Below are positions 20,684-53,693 of a stretch of DNA of 64,000 nucleotides, in pieces. The stretch is from the NCBI GenBank assembly GCA_000165345.1, contig CM000430.1:736001-800000 (forward strand), written 5' to 3'. The notes under the pieces were generated by a model, which was not told the origin of the DNA, ran no database searches, and saw only the letters and a program-made list of their open reading frames with translations. The position numbers and the translations under genes were made by a program. Positions within the stretch are counted from its first letter, which is position 1. Each line of letters opens with the position of its first letter.

Positions 20684-23266
20684 TTACCTCCTTACTAAAC
20701 AGTCTTCAGCAATTGTGATCTTTTCTTTAAGTCTTTGAGCTTCACTTTCAATGGATTGAAGAGTGAGTTGGTGCATATTAAGGATCTTAACAATTTCATT
20801 AAGTGGTGAAGGATAAATTCTTTCATGTAAGTTATTAAGTTGAGACATTAAAGTTTCAACTTGAGATTCAATATCTTGAAGTTCAGAACTTAAAGCATTA
20901 GCTCTTGCAGCTGAGATTCTCATGTTTTGATTAGGTTTATCATGACTACCAGAAAAGCTTCCTCCAGTTGTTCCAATTCTTGGAATATTATTTGTATTAC
21001 TATTATTAATGTTATTACTATTATTATTATTATTATTATTACTATTGTTATTGTTGTTATTATTATTAGAAAAAGAATTAATAGATGATGATCCTTCCAG
21101 TTTCTTTGAAAAGGATTCTTCAATAATCTTCAAAGTATTAGAGAGACTATTTTGTTGTTGAGCAATTTGATCAATTCTATTATCCATATTTTCTTGTCTC
21201 ATCCTAATTTCTTGTTGATCTGCTCTAATAGAATAAAGTTTTGTAGTATATGTAATAATTGCTTTATCTACTTCTAATACATCTGATGATGCTTTATTAA
21301 ATAGTTTAACTTGTTTTGCAAGTCTACTTTCCCAAGATTTTATTACATCCTCAACTCTTTCATGTTGATGAGATATTGTTGTTTCAAGACTTGGAGATGG
21401 AGATGTAGATGAATTAGAAATTGATAGATTTGGTGTAGTAGATGATGATGATAATGTAGTTCCTCCTAATAATGAGAGACTTGTATTATTATTTTCAGGT
21501 TTAGAAGATGATCCAAACAAACTTGTTGTTGTTGTTGAAGTTGATAAATTAGTATTCCCTAATAGACCTCCAGTAATTGTTGATGATGGTGTAGAAGAAG
21601 ATAATGTTGGAGAAGTGGAAAAATTATTAGTACTTGTACTTGTACTTGGAGCAGTTGTTGAACTTGTACCAAATAATGAACTTGTTGTTGTTGTTGCTGG
21701 TGTTGTTGATGGTGTTGTTGATGTTGATGCTGCTGTTGTTGGTGCTCCAAATAATGAAGATGAAGTGGAAGCAGAAGTGGAAGCAGAAGTGGAAAAATTA
21801 CCAAACAAATTACTATTAGTATTAGCATTAGCTAATGAAGGAGATGTTGATAAAGAAGTTAAAGAAGTAGTAGTAACACCACTAGTTAAATTAGTACTTG
21901 CTAGAGAAGATGATGAAGTTCCAAATAATGAAGATCCTCCACTCAATGTATTGCTGTTACCTAAAATAGATTCAGAACCAGTAGTTGAAGATAAAGATGG
22001 ATTAGAAGATGCCATAGTGGAGCCAAAACTAAATAAGGAACTGGATGCTCCTGTTGTTCCAGTTAATCCTGTGGTTCCAGTTAATCCTGTGGTTCCAGTT
22101 AATCCTGTTGCACCAGTTAAACCTGTTGCACCAGTTAAACCTGATCCTCCAAAAATACTAGCTGTACTGTTTGTAGATCCAAGTCCTGAAGAACTAAGTC
22201 CTGAAGATCCAGATCCAAGTCCCAAACCTAATCCAAGTCCTGAATTATTGGATGGATTTGAAGTTGAAGAAGAATTTGTTGAACCAAATGAAAAGCTTGT
22301 ATTATTACCAGTAGCACTAGATGAACTTCCAAATAATCCTCCTCCTCCTCCTCCTCCTAAAGTACTTGTTGCTCCTGTCAATCCTCCAGTTCCAGATGAG
22401 CCAAATAAAGAGGAAGTACCAGAAGAAGTAGTATTTAATCCAGAATTATTTCCAGAAATTCCAAAAAGATTGTTAGTGGATTGAGAATTTGTATTAATAC
22501 CATTATTATTATTATTAACATTTGTTGTTGCTGTTGCTGCTGTTGATGATGATGGTAATCCTAAAGGTGAAGTTCCTGATCCAAATAAACCTCCTGATGA
22601 TAATGATGATCCAATTCCAATTGTACTATTAGAATTTGAGTTGTTTTGATTTTGTGATCCAAAAAGTCCCAAACCTCCACTAGATGAAGATGTAAGAGTT
22701 GAATTACCTCCAAAAAGAGAATTAGAATTGCTATTTCCAATTCCTGTTGAAGATGAGATAGAATTATTAATATTACTACCAAATGGAGAAGAAGTATTTA
22801 AATTATTATTAGTATTACCAATATTACTACTAGTAGAACCAAATAATCCCAAACCAGTATTGTTGTTATTACTACTAATACCACCAGTAGAACTTCCACC
22901 AATTCCACCAATAGGATTTTGTTGAGATGAATTGGATCCAAATCCAAATAATCCTCCTCCTCCTAAAGTATTTGTTGTTCCTGTTCCTGTTCCTGTACCT
23001 ACTCCTGTTCCTGTTGTATTTGATCCAAAAGTAAATCCTGTATTTGTTACATTATTTGTATTATTTCCAGAATTTCCTAAATTCCCAAATAAACCTCCTC
23101 CTGAATTATTTCCAAATCCTGTTGTTCCTGTTCCTGATCCACTCAAATTACCAAAAAGTCCGGTTCCTGTATTATTACCAGTATTAGTATTAGTTCCTCC
23201 TAAATTACCAAAAAGTCCTCCACCACTACCACCTCCAGTATTATTATTATTATTAGAACCAAACAT
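20684..23266 (-). CDS. NUP62: FG-repeat nucleoporin, Nup62/Nsp1 family
   Basis: The N-terminal two-thirds is GLFG/SLFG/FGS repeats separated by N/T/S/G linkers. The C-terminal coiled coil aligns to the Nup62 Nsp1_C region (IVKILNMHQLTLQSIESEAQRLKEK vs human ICKILNAHMDSLQWIDQNSALLQRK). ORF-track start 23287 is TTG; the first ATG is 7 codons in (cat at 23264-23266), giving MFGSNNNNNTGGG. Confidence 0.75.
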   Translation of the reverse strand: MFGSNNNNNTGGGSGGGLFGNLGGTNTNTGNNTGTGLFGNLSGSGTGTTGFGNNSGGGLFGNLGNSGNNTNNVTNTGFTFGSNTTGTGVGTGTGTGTTNTLGGGGLFGFGSNSSQQNPIGGIGGSSTGGISSNNNNTGLGLFGSTSSNIGNTNNNLNTSSPFGSNINNSISSSTGIGNSNSNSLFGGNSTLTSSSSGGLGLFGSQNQNNSNSNSTIGIGSSLSSGGLFGSGTSPLGLPSSSTAATATTNVNNNNNGINTNSQSTNNLFGISGNNSGLNTTSSGTSSLFGSSGTGGLTGATSTLGGGGGGGLFGSSSSATGNNTSFSFGSTNSSSTSNPSNNSGLGLGLGLGSGSSGLSSSGLGSTNSTASIFGGSGLTGATGLTGATGLTGTTGLTGTTGLTGTTGASSSLFSFGSTMASSNPSLSSTTGSESILGNSNTLSGGSSLFGTSSSSLASTNLTSGVTTTSLTSLSTSPSLANANTNSNLFGNFSTSASTSASTSSSLFGAPTTAASTSTTPSTTPATTTTSSLFGTSSTTAPSTSTSTNNFSTSPTLSSSTPSSTITGGLLGNTNLSTSTTTTSLFGSSSKPENNNTSLSLLGGTTLSSSSTTPNLSISNSSTSPSPSLETTISHQHERVEDVIKSWESRLAKQVKLFNKASSDVLEVDKAIITYTTKLYSIRADQQEIRMRQENMDNRIDQIAQQQNSLSNTLKIIEESFSKKLEGSSSINSFSNNNNNNNNSNNNNNNNSNNINNSNTNNIPRIGTTGGSFSGSHDKPNQNMRISAARANALSSELQDIESQVETLMSQLNNLHERIYPSPLNEIVKILNMHQLTLQSIESEAQRLKEKITIAEDCLVRR

Positions 23267-23396
23267 TCTATATTTATTAAAATTCAATTTATTTACTTAA
23301 TTATTTAATTCTTTTGTTTGTTAATTTACAAATTAGTTATTCATTTCTTTGGACTATTTGTCCTATGATAAAAGTTAATTTAATTTTAACCAAATA

Positions 23397-23450
<54 letters not shown>

Positions 23451-23651
23451 ATTAATAAACAAATATTTTGTGTGTGTGAGTAATTTATAGTCAAATATAT
23501 AATATAATAGTATTGTATTATATATAATTATATATAATTATATATATAACTATATATAATTTTAATTTTTATATTTTTTAATAAATAATATATTTCAAGA
23601 ATTAAAAACTATTTACCAAAAGATTCCTTCTTTTAATTGCCAATATTATTA

Positions 23652-23689
<38 letters not shown>

Positions 23690-23863
23690 ATTATTCTCCT
23701 TACTTATTTATAAATATTATGTTATTTATTATTATTTCTTTCTCTTATTTTTTCCTCCTTTTTTTTTTTTCCTTTCTTCTTCTTGTTCTTCTTTTTTATT
23801 ATCGTGATTTTACCCGCCCCACCTTAATAATTAAATTCTTGAAAAAAAAAAATTTTCTTTCTT

Positions 23864-23915
23864 CTATACCGGCACCACGTAATTTACGAGACAATTTTAT
23901 ATTCTCCGGTATAGG
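23864..23915. promoter_or_regulatory. Inverted pair CTATACCGG ... CCGGTATAG enclosing the CACGTAATTTACG palindrome
   Basis: Arms at 23864-23872 and 23907-23915 are exact reverse complements. They lie in the Nup62/PrsW divergent promoter, flanked by CCCGCCCC (about 23814) and GCCCGCCTAAA (about 23925). Confidence 0.4.
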
Positions 23916-23997
23916 GATGTTAAGTGCCCGCCTAAATTTTTGTTATTTATATATTTATCTTTTTTTTCGACTCTAGTACAAGAAAGAAAGAATGGGG

Positions 23998-24029
<32 letters not shown>

Positions 24030-24794
24030 GTAATTGTAAATAAATATCACATGTAAAATTATTGTAAGGAAAATATTATTTACTTAATATATTAAAGATA
24101 AAGATATAATAAAAGAATTCTATTAGAGAATTAAAAAAAAAAGAGTTTCTATGTGTGTGTATAATTAATGAAGTGAATTTAAGTGTGTGGGAAAAGATTT
24201 AATTAATTAATAATTGAATCTTTTATATTAATTTTTATATTATTATTACTTTTCTTTTAATAGTTAAGATAAGTTAGTTTAGCAAGTTATTGGCTATTTG
24301 ATTGTACTATAATTTATAGTAATTTATTCAACTTCAAAGAAGAAGAAAAAAAAACACACACAGTGAAATAAAGAAATATAACCAAAAAAAAAAAAATAAC
24401 AAAGAAAAAACACAGAAACAAAAAAAACAAATTTAATCAAACAAATAACAAAGAAAGAAAAAATCCAATAAAAACAAAAAAAAAGAAAAACTAGGTTTAT
24501 ATTAAAAAAAAAATAATTATTATTATATTATAATTTATGAGACGAGACGAATTTGTAAATGCATGCATGCATTAAGAGTGAACTAATCAAACCAAAAAAA
24601 AAAATGGACTAGAAAACAAGAAATAAAAATTTTTTCAAAAAGAAAATAATAATAATAACGAAAACATAGTGATTATTTTATATCGATTCAAATTTATATA
24701 CATTCATACACAAATACATACATTACATATATATACTTACATATATACATATATTACATGCATGCATTACATGCATACATATAATCATTAAATC

Positions 24795-26150
24795 ATGAGA
24801 AATACAAGTTCTCTATTACATAATACTAGCATTAATAATGATCCATATCATAATTCAGTAGTAATTGATATCAATCATACAAATATTGGAGAATATGTAC
24901 AAGAAAATAAAAAATATCCAAGTAATTCTTTTATTATATTAATCTTATTAATATCTACAATCATTATAATTAATCATGGATGGTATTATGGAATTCTATT
25001 ATTAATTATATCCATTTCTCCTGGAATATTAATAATATATCAATTTAAAAAATATATTATAGAAGATGAAATTAGTATTAAAACTATTACAGATTTATTC
25101 ACTTTTGGTGCAATCATATCTGTATCTACTACATTATTACTTGAAGGATTATTTTTTAATTATATATTTTATTTTAAAAATGATAATTATAATAATTATA
25201 TTGATCAATTTGGTTGTAATATTGGTTTTTCATTATATATATTAATTATTTTAATTAAATATATTATTTCTATTGGAATTATTGAAGAAGCATGTAAATT
25301 AATAGGATTATTAACTATTAAGCCTTATATTGAAGATATTAATTATAAAGAATCTTTTATTAGTCATTATTTAAAATCAAATTTTGGATATGTTATTGCT
25401 GGTATTTCTTCTTCACTTGGATTTGCAATTATTGAAAATATTGTATATTTATCCAATTCTATGGAAAGTATTATTATCATGATTCTTGTTGGTATTGCTA
25501 GAGGTATTATTTCTATTCCTTTTCATATATTTGCATCAGGATATACAAGTATATTATTTAGTAGACAAATTTTTATACAAAATGATTATTATTCTAATAA
25601 TAATAACAATAATAATAATAATAATAATTACTATTATTATTACCTTATTTATATACTTAAACAAATTATTATTAAATTTCTAACCTTACTACCAGCTGGA
25701 ATCTTACATGGAATTTATGATTCTAGTCTAATCTTACTAGTACTTATTAATCAAAATTATAATAAAGATGAAATACTTAGTTATAATTTAAATTCTACAT
25801 GTAATTTAAATACAAGAATTCTTAAATTATTTCTAACTTTATTTCCATTAAAAATTAATAAATTATTTGGAAGTTTTAAAAATCAAAATCTTATAGAAAA
25901 TTCATTCAATAATTGTTTTGGTACATTTTTTTATAATTTAATTACTATTGGATTCTTCATATTTGCTATATTATCTTATTTTATATGTTTTTTTCTATTT
26001 ATTTATAATTGGATTTATCTTGAAAAACAAAATTCTAATAGAAGAATAATAACAACAACCAGAACAATTAGTAGAAATAATATCAGTAATAGTATTAATA
26101 ATATCAATAATACTGAAATAAGAGAAATAGAACTTACAAGAGAACAATAA
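24795..26150 (+). CDS. PrsW-family (M82/CPBP-like) polytopic intramembrane metalloprotease homolog
   Basis: ATG at 24795; multiple predicted TM helices. Four conserved PrsW motifs in order: GIIEEACKLIGLL (EExxK); LGFAIIENIVY (B. subtilis PrsW LGFATLENILY); SIPFHIFASG (PVSSHALIG); PAGILHGIYDSS (PSLLHGSYDF). Contains host-style Asn(11)/Tyr(5) runs. Confidence 0.7.
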   Translation: MRNTSSLLHNTSINNDPYHNSVVIDINHTNIGEYVQENKKYPSNSFIILILLISTIIIINHGWYYGILLLIISISPGILIIYQFKKYIIEDEISIKTITDLFTFGAIISVSTTLLLEGLFFNYIFYFKNDNYNNYIDQFGCNIGFSLYILIILIKYIISIGIIEEACKLIGLLTIKPYIEDINYKESFISHYLKSNFGYVIAGISSSLGFAIIENIVYLSNSMESIIIMILVGIARGIISIPFHIFASGYTSILFSRQIFIQNDYYSNNNNNNNNNNNYYYYYLIYILKQIIIKFLTLLPAGILHGIYDSSLILLVLINQNYNKDEILSYNLNSTCNLNTRILKLFLTLFPLKINKLFGSFKNQNLIENSFNNCFGTFFYNLITIGFFIFAILSYFICFFLFIYNWIYLEKQNSNRRIITTTRTISRNNISNSINNINNTEIREIELTREQ

Positions 26151-26209
26151 TAACAATACAAATAAAAAGAAAGTGTAGGAAAAAAGATCGAATCTTATAT
26201 CTAATATTA

Positions 26210-27769
<1,560 letters not shown>

Positions 27770-27918
27770 AATTTAATTAATTTAGTTCAAATTTAACTAA
27801 TCTAATAGTAATAGTGACAATAACAGAAATTATTATTATTATTATTATTATTATTGTCGATATTCCATCAATATGTCAAAAATTACCATTTTTAAATAAT
27901 GAAAAAACAAAATATGAA

Positions 27919-27939
27919 ATGGCGCCCAAGCCGGTATAG
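27919..27939. promoter_or_regulatory. Composite TGGCGCCCAAG-CCGGTATAG element
   Basis: An E2F-like site directly abuts the ACCGG motif, about 150 bp upstream of the Dus ATG. Confidence 0.4.
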
Positions 27940-28172
27940 TGATCTGAAAATAGTGCAGCATTATTTTTTGGGGGGTGTGAAGCGGGAATGAGTCTCCACG
28001 GGTAAAGTGTAATAAAAGTCAATTAAGAGCAAAAAAATATATAGCATGCAAATTTGTTTGTTTTTTTTTTTTTCGTTTTCTTATAAATTAAAAAAAAAAA
28101 TTAACATTAGATTTATAACAATGGAAAAATTATACATTACTACTTTTAATTAGTAGTTAAACTACTGTCTCA

Positions 28173-29975
28173 TTAAAGTAAAATAGAAGTCTGTTGATTA
28201 TTTTTATTGCTATCTCTGTCTGATGATAAAAAGTCAGACTTAAAAGGATCATTAGCAGGTGGAGATTTTGCTGAAACAAAATCAAATATGCCAAACTCAT
28301 CATCTTCATAAGTACTGGCACTATAGTTGTTATTATTAGCCTGTAAACTTTTCTCTTCAAAATCGAAAGTATCAGTAATACTATTATTATTATTGTTATG
28401 ATCATCGCCATAATAATTGTTTCTAATATTAGTATTAAAATTATCATGGGATGTAGAAGATGAATTAAATATATCATCAAAATCATCAAGTACATTCTTT
28501 CCATGCACTGGTAGTACTTGTTTTGGTGCTGATAACGTTGTTGATACTGTTTCTGATATTGGTAGTGATATTGATTCTGGTACTGTTTCTGAATTGTGTA
28601 CTAGTATCTTTTCTGATTCTTGTCCTATATTTATAATAGAATCATCATTCAAGTTTTTACTAGTATCAATAAAATCGTCAAAATCAAATTGATTTTGAGA
28701 GGAAGAGATTTCATGGTTGTTATTATTACTATAGACAAACTTCCCTGTGATATCATTATCATCTTTTTCTGGAGAATTATAATCAGAAAAATCATCAAAT
28801 ACATTGTTAACTTGCACGATATTGCTTTTTTGATTATCTATATGATTTACTTGATTGTTACTTTGATAATTATAAGTTTCACTGAAACTAATTTGATCAT
28901 TTTCTTGATCAAAATAATTTCCATTATTTTTCAAAGTTGTTATTCCCATTTCTGATTCATAATATTCATTATTTCTTGTATCAATATCATTCTTATTATT
29001 TATAATATAATTATTGTTTGGAGAATTTCCACTTGTAAAATCTCCAAAATCTTTATTTTCTATTATAGGAGACAACATGTTATTATTATTATTATCATTA
29101 TTATTATTAAAATCTTTATATTCTATTGGATCATTTTGATCCCCAAAAATGATCTCATTATTTACTTGATTTAATCTCAAATCTGTGTTACCAATACTAA
29201 AGTCATCTAAATTCTCTTTAATCGGAACAAAATCAAAAGATTCCTCACCCTTATAATTATCAAAGAATTCTTTATCCCAATTATCATTTTGAAGTTGGTT
29301 ATTATTCGAATCGTTTCCTTGAAAACTTATATCAGCCATATTCTCATCAAAATATAAATCTTCTTCTATATTATTTTCTACACTATTACCAATCAGAGTT
29401 GGATTTGAATTGAAAAATGTTGTATTTATTACTTTTTCATTTAATTGATTAGATCCAATACCTCCTGTTCCAACTCCTCTGTCGCTATTAACAGCAAAAC
29501 CATGACGATTATTGCTATTAAAACCACCATTAACTTCCACTTCTTCATCTTCTTCATCTTCTTCACCATCTGACCACCAATCATTGCTAATTTTGTTTTC
29601 GTTTCTTTCTATTCTCCCTCCTATTCCCATACTTGAACCACCTCCACCCATCCAAATATCAGCTCCTCTTGCTCCAATACTACCACCTTCTATATTAGCA
29701 TCCCTTACTCCCAATAAATTACTAGGATTTTGCTTTGTATTTGAATTAGAAAGCTTTGCTGCAATTTCTTCAGCTGAAAGTGGAGTAGCAGCTAATTCAT
29801 CCACTAAATCATCTTCCATCAACAAAGAATCTATTTCATATTCTGTTTGATCATTTCTCGTCTTATTAAATCCTCTATAATGAAAATTTGGACCTGTTGA
29901 TCTCGTACTTCCAGAGAAATATGTCACACAGTTACATAATGAAGATACTGTTCTTGCTAAAATTAGCTGAATCAT
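28173..29975 (-). CDS. Asn/Asp-rich low-complexity protein, function unknown
   Basis: ATG at 29973-29975 and a 600-aa uninterrupted ORF. N-terminal MIQLILARTVSSLCNCVTYF is possibly a signal or anchor. Contains an acidic EEDEEDEE block and N/D-rich repeats. No recognisable domain. Confidence 0.45.
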   Translation of the reverse strand: MIQLILARTVSSLCNCVTYFSGSTRSTGPNFHYRGFNKTRNDQTEYEIDSLLMEDDLVDELAATPLSAEEIAAKLSNSNTKQNPSNLLGVRDANIEGGSIGARGADIWMGGGGSSMGIGGRIERNENKISNDWWSDGEEDEEDEEVEVNGGFNSNNRHGFAVNSDRGVGTGGIGSNQLNEKVINTTFFNSNPTLIGNSVENNIEEDLYFDENMADISFQGNDSNNNQLQNDNWDKEFFDNYKGEESFDFVPIKENLDDFSIGNTDLRLNQVNNEIIFGDQNDPIEYKDFNNNNDNNNNNMLSPIIENKDFGDFTSGNSPNNNYIINNKNDIDTRNNEYYESEMGITTLKNNGNYFDQENDQISFSETYNYQSNNQVNHIDNQKSNIVQVNNVFDDFSDYNSPEKDDNDITGKFVYSNNNNHEISSSQNQFDFDDFIDTSKNLNDDSIINIGQESEKILVHNSETVPESISLPISETVSTTLSAPKQVLPVHGKNVLDDFDDIFNSSSTSHDNFNTNIRNNYYGDDHNNNNNSITDTFDFEEKSLQANNNNYSASTYEDDEFGIFDFVSAKSPPANDPFKSDFLSSDRDSNKNNQQTSILL

Positions 29976-30689
29976 TTAATATAATAACAAATATAAATTT
30001 TATGCATAAATATATCTGTTTATTATATTATTCACTCTAACTCCTCCTATTAATTCACAAATTGATTAATTCTTATTTAATATTAACAACTTTATTCAAT
30101 CAATTATTAATTGATGTATGATTCCCACAGTTTTCTCAGTTTAAGCTCTTAAGAAAAAAAAATAGAAGACAATAATACACTTTTTATACTTGAATATATT
30201 TGCTCTTTGTAGATTTTAATCCTCAAATTTTTTCCTTCTATTCTCTTCTTATTGATAATTTTTCTTATCAGCAAACCCCTTAATTCTCTACACTTACTAT
30301 TTCTTTCTTTTTATTTCTTCTCTTACTTCACTTCGCTTCCTCTTTCTGTATTTCTATATATATAAATGTATACAATTCTAATTTATTTATTTTTTTCTTG
30401 TTCTCAAATACATAGAGTTTTTACTCGAATTATTGATCAAATTAACTCTATATTTTCACAAACATATATATTGTAATAATAATAAACTACTATTATTCCT
30501 TTTAAAGTTCACCTTTTCTCTCCTCACACTCTTCTATATAGTGACCCACGTTATTATTTGTACTTTTTAAAGAAAAAAATTCAAATTTTCACGTATTTCA
30601 CCTAATTTTCTTTTTTTTTCACACTTATCAACCTTGATTTTACCTTACCATACGCAACAGCCCGCCCATCTTGAACTACACATGCATTA

Positions 30690-30701
30690 GGCGCGCGCGC
30701 C
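30690..30701. promoter_or_regulatory. Perfect 12-nt GC palindrome GGCGCGCGCGCC within a CCCGCCC...CATGCAT cluster
   Basis: It is unique in the window and lies about 700 bp upstream of the Asn/Asp-rich gene start. Confidence 0.3.
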
Positions 30702-31832
30702 CGACTCGATACTCTAGTATAAAGTAGACATAAAAAGATATATATTTATATTCATATATATATTTATTTATATATAAATAAATAAGGTAAAGAATAATAA
30801 AAGACATAAATTTTTGGAAATTAGTATTAATAATAAAAATAGTAAAAAATAATAAATAATGCAAAAAAAAAAAACTGTATTAAAAATCAATGATAATTAT
30901 TGAATCAATTAATTCAGTTTGGTGATTCTTGGTGGCTTTTTTTTTTTTTTCAATTAAAAAAAAATATTTATATATTTTCTAATAACTTTATTGTATTTAA
31001 TACCTATATTAAATATAATAATGTTAAGTCACCTTGAACTACTATAACTCGATATATTAAAGACAAAGAACGAAAGTATTAGTTTACAAATGTAATACCG
31101 AAAATTTAGGAATTATTTAATATTGTTTGATTTTAAATGGGTATGGATTAATTATAATTGGCTTTATTAATAAGTGTATTTATGATAAATTATTTTGGAA
31201 ATTTCAAGAATCTTTATTAATCCTCTCATTTGATAATTAATCAAACGATATTATATTAATTTTGGTCAAAATATTATTTCGAATAATTTCGATCTATTAT
31301 TGCCTTAATTACGACTATATTATAAATACTAAATATGAATAAATAGTCCGTAAAGTTAACAATACTTCCGTATATATATTTATAAAGGGAAAAATTATAA
31401 TAATTAAAAGATAATTAATACTAGAGAACAGATAAATAATCGAAAACAAAACTTCATTTTTTTTTTCGAATAAATTTTCCCTTTACCGACTTAATATTTC
31501 CAATATATTTTCGAATTAAATAATGAGGAAATTGGTTTCTCTGTATATTGCTCCTCTTTGTCGAAGAATGTAATAAGTCTGTATTGCAAACTGGAAATCA
31601 AAACTATATATATTTAGTCTTGACAGCAAAGAGCTTAATAGTATATACATGCATATATTTATACTTAGTATATTTATCCAGTATATACCACTCGGAATGT
31701 ACTTGAATTCATTATCCATATTTACAGTAATATAGAATAACAATTATCTTTCAACAGTGAAGAAGAGAAAGAAAGAAGAAAAGTAATCTGAGTAACATTT
31801 AACCATTGAATGGCCAAATTTCAATTTAAAAT

Positions 31833-31952
31833 GCTTTCTGTGATGACAAAAATTAACGTTTCTCAACATTCGCAGTGTTGTACCGAAATGGAGATCTTAA
31901 ATATGCGCATTTAAGACTCTATGATGGACTTCCTTAGATGTCTGAGAGAGCA
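31833..31952 (+). ncRNA. Candidate C/D-box snoRNA
   Basis: Sits in the 3-kb intergenic region within a locally GC-richer patch. Box C gTGATGA at 31841-31846. Box C'-like TGATGG at 31922-31927. Box D CTGA at 31942-31945. A 5-bp terminal stem CTTTC (31834-31838) pairs with GAGAG (31946-31950) including one G-U pair. No protein-coding signal. Confidence 0.25.
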
Positions 31953-33012
31953 TTTTAAAGATATTTACGACTCCATCCTTCATTTAGCTTAGTGTATGAA
32001 AAGCTAATTGTATGTAAAAAAACACTATTTGTTATCTTTTTTCTTTATTATAAATGAATAATCGACTATTTTTTTATATTAAGAGCTAAACAATTTAATA
32101 CTATACATATTTGGACAATTTCCCGCCTAATATTTAATTGGCTTAATTTATTTGAAAGAAGTCATTTTCTAAATATTTATTCCTTTAACAATAATAATAA
32201 TAATAGTAATATGAGCACAATTTAATCCATTAAATGTGCAAGTTTCATTTTAATTATATTCAATTTAAAATATAATTAAAATGCATTTTGATTTTAATGT
32301 AAATTTAACTCAAAGAAACTTTTAATGACATTTAATGTTCATGCTTGTGCAATAATATAACATATTATTATAATATGGGGAATTTTTTGGAAAGTATTTT
32401 TTCATGTTATTCTCATAGATGATTCTTCTTATTAATGTATTTCCTGATTGTTTTCAATTCAGGGAAATAATATACATTGCAAGATAGTTATCTAACAACA
32501 TTTTTAAAGAAAAAAAAATTTTTTATTATTTTTACATTCTATTTTACACAATCATTTTTCCATACACAAATAAATAATCACTTTTTTTATTTACATATTA
32601 ATATTAACTACCCTCACTTTGCCGCCAATTCGATATTTGACATGTTTCTAACCTCAACATTTAATTTTTACTGGTGTAAACAATTTTTAAGTTTTTTTCG
32701 CGGTAAATTTAAAAACTGCATGCAAATTATATAATACAGTTATCATTTCTTTAATGTGAAAGTTACATGCATTCTGGAAACAAAATAAGCGCCAAAACTT
32801 CTACCGTATGCATTAATTAAATTAATTAAATTAAAAATAAAAAAAATTATCTACTCGTTAATTTTATTTACTCTAAATCTTTCCTTCTTTATTTATTTAT
32901 CTCTTACTTCTTACTATATTCTTACTCTTTCTAGCAGTCGTTAAAACCATATTCTCCCCTCCCTACCTTCACCCTCCCCCAATCGCACCCTAAACCTCTT
33001 CTTTCTCTGTTA

Positions 33013-52752
<19,740 letters not shown>

Positions 52753-53461
52753 TTTTTCCTCTGATATATTAAAAAATACACTCTTCCATCATAAAAATCC
52801 AATAAATCATTCAATTTTCAAAACTAGATAGATTATCACGCTTTGCACCTTTATTTATATTAGAAAAACTTTCATTCAAGGTTTTGGAAGAAAGACTTCC
52901 TTAACAAATCTCTTTATTCTACTTATTCATAAAATACTGAATGACTTTCTAATTACAGCTCTATTCAATTCTTTAATTATCCAACTCTTTTACAATTTTT
53001 TTTTTCTGTTTGAATCCATAACTTTATTTTCTTTGTCTGCAGCAGAGCCAAACATGTGGCCAAAAGGCGCCAACTCTGCATCACTTATACTATGCATAAT
53101 ATAATTGGGATATAATTTTCAAAAAGAAAAAAAAGTAAATTTTGATAAAATTGATTACTGGAAGAATATTAAAAACAATTTAAAGTTTAAATAACCCATT
53201 TTTCTGGGCTTTAATTTACAATTGACTTTTTTAAAAACTCTTCCTCTATTTGATTTCTTTATTATAATTTTAAAATAACTTTTCAAACAATACCTTAAAT
53301 TAATTAGAATGATTTTTTTTGATTCTTAAGAGAATTTAGAATTTATAAACCATTATAGAAATATGTTTTAAAAATTGAGAGAAATTTTTTATAATATTCA
53401 ATTACTAGTAATTTTTTCTTTTTCTCCAATTTTATTCCCTATGCATGCAATTTTCGTTACA

Positions 53462-53493
53462 ATACCGGTGTTACACAAAATTTTGGCGCCAAG
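53462..53493. promoter_or_regulatory. Composite ATACCGGTG ...(13 nt)... TTGGCGCCAAG element
   Basis: In the giant-gene/karyopherin divergent promoter, about 200 bp upstream of karyopherin exon 1. A TATGCATGCAATT element lies 20 bp upstream. Confidence 0.4.
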
Positions 53494-53693
53494 TCGATTT
53501 TTTTTTTCTTGAGTTTAATCAGAGGAATAAAACCTATATGAAAAGTAAATATTTGTATATAATTAAAAGTGAGATTTATGAATTAAAGTGAAGGAGTAGA
53601 TTCTAAGTTAGGTGTTAAAAAACACAATTTGATGAACTAGTGACTATTATTATTATTAATATTATTGTTGTAATTAGTCAGTAATAGTTTCTG

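Noticed and set aside
21615-22484. 289-aa plus-strand ORF antisense to the Nup62 FG domain
   Set aside because: Produced by the regular FG-repeat coding sequence; no independent coding signal.
24340-24500. A-rich tract with (A)9-13 runs and CACACA upstream of the PrsW-like gene, considered as a retroposon poly(A) tail
   Set aside because: No flanking target-site duplication or ORF. It is more consistent with an A-rich promoter or leader region.
31516-31743. 75-aa minus ORF and an 85-aa plus ORF (32477..32734) in the 3-kb intergenic region
   Set aside because: No start context, no similarity, AT-rich hydrophobic translation typical of random ORFs.
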